In this document: positions 26,900-37,400 of the stretch, one piece after another
Position numbering within the stretch: the stretch's first letter is position 1
How the letters are laid out: every line of letters starts with the position of its first letter
Assembly (NCBI GenBank): GCA_964035545.1
Contig: OZ037768.1
Location: 10,758,741-10,822,740 of the forward strand
DNA: 64,000 nucleotides
Origin: Bugula neritina
Lineage: Eukaryota; Animalia; Bryozoa
Direction: 5' to 3'
Translations under genes and position numbers: made by a program
Notes under the pieces: generated by a model
Told to the model about the DNA's origin: nothing
Seen by the model: the letters and a program-made list of their open reading frames with translations, nothing else
Databases searched by the model: none

Positions 26900-28246
26900 T
26901 TTGTATTAGGTTTAAAGTCCAGATTTATCGCAGTATAAGTTTGTGAAAATCACTTAAATAGCACTGAATACTATATTATTATATGGTTATATGTTTTTAT
27001 ATGAAAAAGCTATAACCTCCAGCATTTCTGCTGACATCATAGCTATTAGCTACCAGATAATCATGTAGAAAAGCAAAGAATAGTTTGATAAAAAAGCTAC
27101 CAGTTGAGCTTCTGAAGCTCATTAAATAAAAAAGCTGCTATACTAAAATAATCAAATGCTAATCGGCAACACTAAGATTACAATAAATGTGTAGGTGTAG
27201 ACGTGCATGCAAATAAGAAGTACTTCTTATCTTTCATTGCAGAGTGCCAAATAAGTTTTATTTCCTAAACAATTGCAATAAAACTTTGTAATGTAATGTT
27301 ACTGACATTAAAAGAATGAAAACATCGCAGAAGGACATATTTATAAGCATTAGAAACCGGTTCTTTTTTTGAAAAAAAGTCTAATAAGTACTCCAAATTA
27401 AAACTTAAATTTTACAGCAAAAAAATATGAAGAAAACAAGTAAATTAAGCAGCTTTGCATGAAATTTAGAGGCTAGAGTCTAAACTATATCATTTCAGTG
27501 AATATTTGAGCATGAAACTGCATTGTCAGTTGTTATGGTAGCAGTAATAATGGTTATGCTTAAAGTCCATTAAGAGCTGTTGGTTATTTTAGAAAGCTAG
27601 ACGTACCATAAAAAAGCTGTACACCTAAGACTTTGCATGGAGCACAGAAGTTCTGAAATATTAGAGACCTGACTAGTTAAATGCTAAGGCAGGAGATTCA
27701 GTTATATAATGCTGACGACTGCTTTGCAGTTTTGAGATTATGATATAAGAAATATACATGCATGATTGGATATAATTCATTAAATTATAAAAAGGCATCA
27801 GTTTAAGAAGTTAAAAATTATGCTGTAATTTGGCTATAATTAAAACTATTTAAATAATCTTACTACAGCGAGAAAGAGCTATTATTTAATTATAAAATCA
27901 TAAACTTCAAATTATTCCATATATATAATAACAAGTTTTATCAGAGTCATGGAGACATAAGACTAACATATGAGTAATAAGTCAATAATAATATAAGCAA
28001 CATTAATAATAATAATTAAAGCCATCTGTTCTCCAAAATCAGGATTTGATGACTTATATGTATTGCTGGATAAACATTGTTTGCTTTTGTTTTATACATT
28101 CACACCCATAATAAAATACATTAAAAGCTAATTTTAGTAGAAATGTATGTATCTTTATCAAGAAAAATAAAAAAATTATGCCCGTCATTTTCTTTCTGTT
28201 CCCAATATCTTCTAAAAAAAGATTTTTGAAAAACATTAATACTAGA

Positions 28247-28440
<194 letters not shown>

Positions 28441-28474
28441 TAATTAACAAAATAGGTGGTTCTCAAAGACATAC

Positions 28475-31400
28475 CTGTATTCCTGCTCGGTATGTAAAGA
28501 ATGGTCATTTGCTAGATTGAAATGTTCCTTCACTTCTTCTGTGGTCATTTCCCACATACCGGCTACCACTCGACAACACTCATGAAACAGTTTTGGTATA
28601 TCCAAGGAGTTAGCAGCCTACAAGGAGAAATAACAATTCATCATGTATGCATGTGGGCTATATGATTATGAGTGGGCTACAGATTGAGAGTTACCTCAAA
28701 GCCTAGCCAAACTGCACATGTCAATACACTAACTCCTAGCTAACATGAAGGCTACATTATAATATTTTGAGGCGATTTTGTTAAATGACCAAAAATCTCC
28801 AACCCTGACATTACACTACAGGAACTAAACTTTAATTAATCGAGCTTATAAATCTTACCATTTTTGATGAAAAGATAACTGAGTAGCCTATTATTACAGT
28901 TGTAAATATAATAAAATAAAGTAGCGGTGAAGTTAAACACTTACAGTGATAATCCCAAACAGGGTTTGTTGCTCTACTGACAAAAATTCCTTTATCCATA
29001 GATTGTCAGCTTCTGCTAGACTTAGTTGGGGTGGGTTGGGTTCTGCCCCTGGAGTGTCTTCAGAAAATGGACCAGCATCTTTTAACTAAAAGTCACAAAC
29101 ACAGTGTATCAAAGAATATATAGCAATGAAAACAGTTATATGCTGTATAATGTTGCAAAAAGTTTATATTGAACAAGGCGAGATAAGATGATTGGAGTAG
29201 TATAATAAGCGCCTCTACGGCTATGGAAGTAAGCATCTCGTATAGGTCAATTTGTCAACATAGTGTAGACTCTATGGCTATGGAAATTAGCATCTCGTTA
29301 ACTATGTGAGCATTGTAAGCCTTAAAGTTGACAGGTGGTAGCTATTAAATTTAGTTTACAGTGAATACACCTTTTAAGCAATTACTGGAAGGTGGATCAA
29401 TGATTAGTTTAGCTGTATATCCTTGTCCCTAACTTTATAAGTAACAAAATTTACTCACTGAGCTGAGAGTTACACAGTTTGCGAGTCAAAATTTGTGTGT
29501 TTTTTGGTATAAAACATCACCATTCTAAAATTTACATCATTCATCGTTATATGTTTTGAGCGCAAAGGTTAATCAATGATGACAGAAGTAGAAAATTTTC
29601 CCTTGCAAAATAAAGATCCTATATTTAATGAACAAGATGCAAATGTGGCTGAAGACGAGTTAGATGTGGCGAGAAAAGTTGTACATAATCGGAATACACT
29701 CATTAATAAAGTTTCGACCAGGAGAGATAATGCAAAGAATGACTGGAGCTTTTCAGAACTAAAAAAGAAACCTATCGCTATTATCCTGGTAGCACTATTT
29801 TTATCAATGAATGTAATCAACATAGTTATGAGCGGTAATGGTAGCTTTTCTGGAAAGATGTTTTCAACTAATTATACTTTAGACAGAATGTTCAATAACT
29901 GCACAAAACACTTCGAAATGACTGACAATTTAAAACTAGCTGTTTGCAACACTAAAGTTCACGGGGATTTTATAACTATACAATATTTTTTCTTGAATGG
30001 TAATATGTCTCAGAGTGATGCGTCTTCACCATCTAAGCTGTTAACAGTTTTGACTAAACACATTTTAGAAAATAATTATTACGGAATGTAATGTTTTTCT
30101 GTATACAACTCATAGTTTATAATAAAATGTTAAATGGAAACAAAAAACATGTCTTATGGTCCAACTCTATTTGCAACTCCATTTTTAAACTTATAACTTG
30201 ACACAATTTTTCTGAAACTCAAAAAGCAGAAAAAAGATAATTAACCTTATGCTAATGATGTCTGAAACTTTGACAAAGTAAAAATTAATATTAGCAAAAA
30301 TTAGGAGGTGACACAGCGGTTTCCAATTTAATCAATGGGAAGTAAAACATAATAAAATCTTGTATAACCTACGTAAACTGATATAATATCGCCCAGTAAT
30401 TAAACCCTAGATGGGTGGATTGTATTTAAAATTTAACAACTCAATTCCTCATTATAATTAAAAATCGGAAAATTTTTCAGCTAAGATGGATGACACGGCA
30501 ATTTCTAATTTACGGATGGGAAGTGTCCTAGTTGAAGTTTAAATACATATGCAACTGATAAAACACGTATCACCTACGTAAACTGATATAATATTGCTTA
30601 CGTGAGTAAACCTTAAACCGGCAGATTACAATTAAAATGTTACCACCCAACTCCCTATAATAAAAAAAGGAAAACTTTTAGTTAAGATAAATTTCATTTA
30701 CGTAGGAATAAATTACAAAATCTCAGTATATAAAAGCCTCGAAAAACTTCTATGTTTCATCGCATCTCAAACCATACAGCAAACACCATGGGAGATTTAG
30801 TAAAGAAGTTAGAAGCTGAACTACTACAACTCAGAAGAAAAGTGGGAGAAACGAGTACTAGTTCCAGTACAGTTGAACCACTCAAAGCCTTAAAGCCTTC
30901 TAAAAGAAAAAAGTAAGTAATAATATATTTCTTTTGGATATCTCACCACTAACCTGTTAGAATATTATTAACATGAGAATGATTTTAGTTTACTATAGTG
31001 TTAGCTTTCTATAACTATGCTAACCACTAACCTGTTAGAATATTATTAACACGAGAATGATTTTAGTTTACTATAGTGTTAGCTTTCTATAATTATGCTA
31101 ACCTTTTTTATCAGCTAAAAGTAGCATCTTATTCATTACAATAATATTATTTTAGTGAATCTAAGTCTGGTGAATCAAAGCGTAAGAAACCTGCATCAAT
31201 TCCAAAGGTGTATGAGTCGACTAGCGAGCCGTCTGTATCTACCAGCGTGAGGTTAGTAGAATATCGTAAATCATCAATCATCTGTAAGACTCACAATTAA
31301 TTATATTCACTTGACAAACTATAAACAAATAAACAGACGTTTGTCGTGTAATAAATTATATTATGTAGAATAAGTTACATATTATAAAACATAGTAATAG

Positions 31401-34400
31401 ATCCCTCTTTTTTAGCGCTACTACCACTCCTTCCTCTATGACATCGTCTATTCCATCCGCTAGTTCCTCTACTGGTACAACTGTTACTACAAGTGATGAT
31501 GCTGCCACTGCTGCTACCGCTGTCGATCAGAGCAAAACACCTGCAAATGAAGAAGGTTGCTATCTAGTCCCTCTTAATTATGATCAATCACAATTATCCT
31601 ACTACACTGACAATGACAAGATAATACCTACATTTAATCATTCGCGTAAATTCTTTTTTAAATCCGATGAATTTATAGGTGAATTAAAAATATACGAGTC
31701 GAAAATTCCCAACAGTGGGCCATGTTTATATGTGAAAAAATCTAAAAATCTAGAACTTTTTAAAACAAAGCTAGCTAAAATTTTTGAAAAAAAAGTTAAG
31801 TTTTACGGTAAAAGTGAAAATGCATCATTGCTCGGATGTTATGTTGACGTGGTCAGAAACATGGAAGACGAAATTTGCGTAAATGCTGTAGTCAATGGAC
31901 AACCTGTGTTATTAAATGTACAACAACTGTATGGAAAAGTGGGAAAATTAACATGCGTGTTGAGAAGCGGTGTGATAAAAAAAGTAAACGAGGACTTATT
32001 TTGGTCACTAAATGTGACCGAAATCAAACTAGACGACATATCACCGGATGAATATAATTATTTTAAACGATCGGAGCCGATCATAAAATTTTTAGGCTGA
32101 CGGACTGACACTGACTCTCTAATATAAATATGTTGTATTTTTTGGTGATGGGGAAATATTTTATGTTGGTGAATGGAATACTTTTATGCGTATTATTGTT
32201 TAAAATATTGTTACAATATATCTCAATATATAATCAGTGAAAAGAAATTCAATACTATCTCTGCCACTATTAAACACAAAATGTATAAAAGCGAGTTGTT
32301 AATACACAACATCTATATATTACAATCTATCTCAATATATACTCAATGAAAAGAAATTCAATACTAGCACTGCTACTATTGAATGTATAAAAGCGAGTTG
32401 TTAATATACAACATCTATATATTACAATCTATCTCAATATATACTCAGTGAAAAGAAATTCAATACTAGCACCGCTACTATTGAATGTATAAAAGCGAGT
32501 TAATATACAACATCTATATATTACAATCTATCTCAATATATACTCAATGAAAAGAAATTCAATACTATCTCTGCCACTATTAAACCTAAAATGTATAAAA
32601 ACGAGTTGTTAATATACAATATCTATATACTTCAATCTATCTCAATATATACTCGATGAAAAGAAATTCAATACTATCTCTGCCACTATTAAACCCAAAA
32701 TGTATAAAAGCGAGTTGTTAATATACAATATCTATATACTTCAATCTATTTCAATATATACTCGATGAAAAGAAATTCAATACTATCTCTGCCACTATTA
32801 AACACAAAATGTATAAAAGCGAGTTGTTAATATACAATATCTATATACTTCAATCTATCTCAATATATACTCGATGAAAAGAAATTCAATACTATCTCTG
32901 CCACTATTAAACACAAAATGTATAAAAGCGAGTTGTTAATATACAATATCTATATACTTCAATCTATTTCAATCTATTTCAATATATCTTAATATATACT
33001 CGATGAAAAGAAATTCAATACTATCTCTGCCACTATTAAACACAAAATGTATAAAAGCGAGTTGTTAATATACAATATCTATATACTTCAATCTATTTCA
33101 ATATATACTCGATGAAAAGAAACTCAATACTATCTCTGCCACTATTAAACACAAAATGTATAAAAGCGAGTTGTTAATATACAATATCTATATACTTCAA
33201 TCTATTTCAATCTATTTCAATATATCTTAATATATACTCGATGAAAAAGTTTAAAACACTGTTCTTATGGCTCTGATGAAGAGTGTAGTAAACCTGACAA
33301 TTCTATCTGATAATGCCACTATATGTCAAGTATATACATTTATGAGTGTATCTATTTACATATTATTAAACAATATCTCTATTTGAAGTAATTTTCTTTG
33401 ATCCTTGCATCTCTATCAAGGTGGTTAAAAGAATAATTTATACTTCAATGTTTTAGAGAAATTCAAGTGCCACATATGTGGAAAAAGTTATAACCACAGG
33501 CAAAGTTTGAGCAGGCACCAAAGTATCCACAAAAAAAGATGTGATCAATGTAAACGGTTGTATGCACCGTGGAAAACAAATCACCGATGTCATAACACGG
33601 TAATTTATCTACTGAGTGATACGATACGATATGAATATGATCATACTACATATACTATCACAACAAATTCAAAGCTAACTAATCAATGGTAATCTTGGTA
33701 AATTTTAGAATACAAACTCAAACGGAGCAGAGAGAAGGTCAAACAAAAAGCCTCAAACCACATTCAGTGATGATATTGAACGCTATCAGTACAAAGGCAT
33801 TTACGAAGAGGAAACAAATGCTCTATTGAGAAAAAACTGGTCAGCTATAAGAACGTACAACAGAAAAGGGAAATATTGTAGTGTCTACAATCGATTGATA
33901 AAAGACAATGACATTATTTCAACTTTAAACAATAAAGAAGTGAAATTAATATTTCATGAACAAACATTGAAATTCAAATGCAATGCTTCAATTGGTTTTA
34001 TCCTTTTGAATCAAAATGAGGAAAAGTTGAGATACTTTCATGCTAGCATGGGTGTTGATAAACTTTTTGCCTCGCCAAAGCTAATAGAGAATTTACAAGA
34101 TTTCAATCAACTTGTGAAAGAAATGACAGAAAAAGATTTCATAGAGAAAGCAACTCAAAACAGGCCAAACACTTCGTGGAGTGTTCACAAAATAACAAAT
34201 ATTACATTGTATGTATTTCCTATACCAGATCACAATATCGGATGCCCTATATCTCCATCTGAGAGAACAAAACAAAACAAAGCAATTATAACAGCTAGCA
34301 CTGATACAACTGGAAGACTGTATGAAGACAACTTATGTCTATTTAGAGCTCTAGCTTACTCAAAGGGACAGCAGAGTACTTTAACACAGTCTACGAAACA

Positions 34401-37400
34401 TTATTATGAAATGTACTTGAATGGTATGAACAAACTGAATCAAGATTTTACAGGAGTGCCTTTATCAGACCTCAGATTTGCCGAGCGAATACTGAACTGT
34501 TCTATTAATGTGTACACCTTGGAATACAATACAGGGAAAGAAGCTAATGCAAAGCTTATGTACAGAGCCACTACCAATTACAAACACAAACTAAACTTAC
34601 ATCTAGAGGAATCACATTTCAGTTGGATAAAAAACATCTCTCTTTACACAAAGTCATACAAATGTACATTTTGTAACAAGCTAATGAAATCAGTCAGAGC
34701 GTTGAATAGTCATAACACAGTATGTACAGCTGGTGAAACAAACCTTGTGTATCCCTACGGGGTGTATACTCCGTCTCGATCTATTTTCGAAAAGCTTGAA
34801 GATGTTCACATCACAGTTGATGAAAATAGACGACATTATCCGTACTTTGCTGTGTTTGATTGCGAAACGATGATGTCTTCGATTGGTTTACCTGCAAACA
34901 CAAATACAATACACTATGAAAACAAACACAAGTTGGCTTGTATAAGTTTATGCTCAAACGTATCTGGCTATACACAACCAGTGAATTTCATGAATTCTGG
35001 AAATGAATACGAGCTGGTTGTGAAAATGATGGATTTCCTTACAAAGCTGTCTGAAGTATGCTACCAGAGATTGCTTGTTAGATACAATGATGTGTTTAAA
35101 CAACTACGTGAAAAAGCTGACGAGTGTATCAAGAAAGAAATTGAAGCTAGTTGTAATAACAAAGCAGTGAACAATGTCAAAAAAAAGTTTGAATCACTAG
35201 AAAGTCAACTCCACTGTTATTTGAAAGACTTGATGGTCTTGTCTTTCAACGGCGCTGTCTATGACATTCCATTGATTCGACAACATATGCTACGGTATCT
35301 ATTAGAACAAAACCAAAAAGTTTTGTTTACAGCTAAAAAAGGAAACAAATACATGTGTATTCAAACGGAAAAATTAAGATTTCTAGACGTGCTCAATTTC
35401 CTTGCTCCAGGGTTTTCGTACTCTGATTATCTAAAAGCTATGGGAGTTGAAGGGGAAAAATTCTTCTGGCCTTATGACATATTTACATCTATGGAAGTGC
35501 TAGACAGAACAGAGTTCCCCGCTCATGAAGAGTTTTACAGTAAACTGAAAGGTAAAAACATATCCGTTCAGGAGTATGAAAAATGCAAAGAAATATGGGT
35601 ACAGAAAGGAATGAAAACATTAAAAGACTTACTAGAGTACTACAATAACGAAGATGTCAGACACTTTATACCAGCATTAGAAAAGCAAAATGAATTTTAC
35701 AAATCATGCAATCTTGATTTCAAGTCAGCTATATCTATACCAGGACTAGCGATTCAATATTTATTTCAATTAAAAGACCCAGAAGCGCCAATCTTTCTGT
35801 TTGGTGATAAGTTTAAAGACATTCACCAACTTATCAAATCAAACATTAGAGGTGGTTTATCAATTGTGTTCTCAAGGTATCAAGAAGCTGGCGCAACAAA
35901 GATTAAACCTGAATACTTTGGTGATCAAGCCAAAACTACGCAAACATGTGTAGGGTATGATGCGACAAGTTTATATTTGAGTTGCCTAGTGAAAGATATG
36001 CCCACAGGAGCCTTTGTAAGAAGGCGGAGAGAAAATAGCTTTAGAATAGAAAAAAGCTACTATTCGGGTGAAAAAGCTACAGTATGGCTAAAATACATGT
36101 CAAAGCTGCTCGGAGTCAAAATTCAACACAAGTTTAATAGCACCGAACGTCGAATAGGTGGACGAAACATACCAGTCGATGGATACGCTCTGGCGAGTGA
36201 TGGTAGTGAACTAGTGTTCAACTACTCAGGATGCTGGTTTCACGGACATCTATGCGACTATTGTCCAAATGGAAAGTTTAATAACAAAGAAAAAGATTTA
36301 CAAAATCAAATAGACACATACAATACGCTGAAATATTTCCAAGATTTGGGTTACAGAGTCTACCATACTTGGGAGTGTGAATTTGATAATTTGAAAAAGG
36401 AAAACAGTGATGTCAGTGAGTTCTGCTCAAATCTGGACTTCATTGTTGATTCAAGATACGTAATATCAGAAAGCAAAATACTAGAAGAAATCAAAAATGG
36501 TTCAATGTTTGGAATGGCTGAAGTTGATATAGAAACACCTGAAGACTTGAAAACAATATTTGCTGAATATCAACCTATACAAAAAAATGTACTGATATCA
36601 AGGGATGACATAGGCCCACACATGAAACAATTTGCAGAACGAAATGGTTTACTAAAAAAGCCATCACGTACTTTAATCAGTAGCTATTTCGGGAACAAAA
36701 TCCTTTTGTCCACCCCGCTACTGCAATGGTACCTACAACACGGCTTAGTGGTTACAAAAGTATATCAAGTAATTCAATACAAGCCATCAAAATGCTTCAA
36801 GCTGTTTGGTGAAAAGGTAATGGAGGCTAGGAGAGCTGGTGACCTCGATTCCTCAAAGAAGATTATATCGGATTCATGCAAACTAATAGGTATTTAGTAA
36901 ATATTGACATGTTTAAACATAGCACTTATTCAATGGTTATTAATATGCAAATCACTTAAGCATCTAGCAAGAGCGATAACTTTTGCATTGAATAATTACT
37001 CAATATATTTCAAAATAATCCACTTCGCTATATTTCAGGAAACTCTGCGTATGGCCGAACACTAGTCAACCTGGAGAGTCACACTGATATCATATATTGT
37101 GATGCTGAAGAGACAAACATCTCAAGACTGGTAAACAATCCTAGATTTAACAGCTTACAAGAAATTGATTCTCAACTAGTTGAAATTGAATCACGAAAAG
37201 CTAAGATTAGACTCAATGTACCAGTACAAATTGGCTTTCAAGTATTAGAGTATGCAAAGCTAGCCATGTTGAAATTCTATTACGATTTCTTGTTAAAGTT
37301 TCTATCTCTAGACAGTTTTGCTTTGATTCAAATGGACACTGACTCAATGTATTTAGCTCTAAGTGAAAAAACTTTGTACCTAGCGGTCAAAAGTGATATG

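Noticed and set aside
27964-28065. Candidate last exon of Skp1-C
   Set aside because: Phase fits but there is no similarity to the RKENEW terminus; read-through of exon 3 to a nearby TAA is equally possible.
32211-33247. CRISPR-like array
   Set aside because: Units are near-identical end to end with no unique spacers, and there are no cas genes; it is a tandem repeat in a eukaryotic virus-like element.
36890-37038. pPolB as a pseudogene or two separate genes
   Set aside because: A GT-AG intron with matching phase restores motif B exactly.
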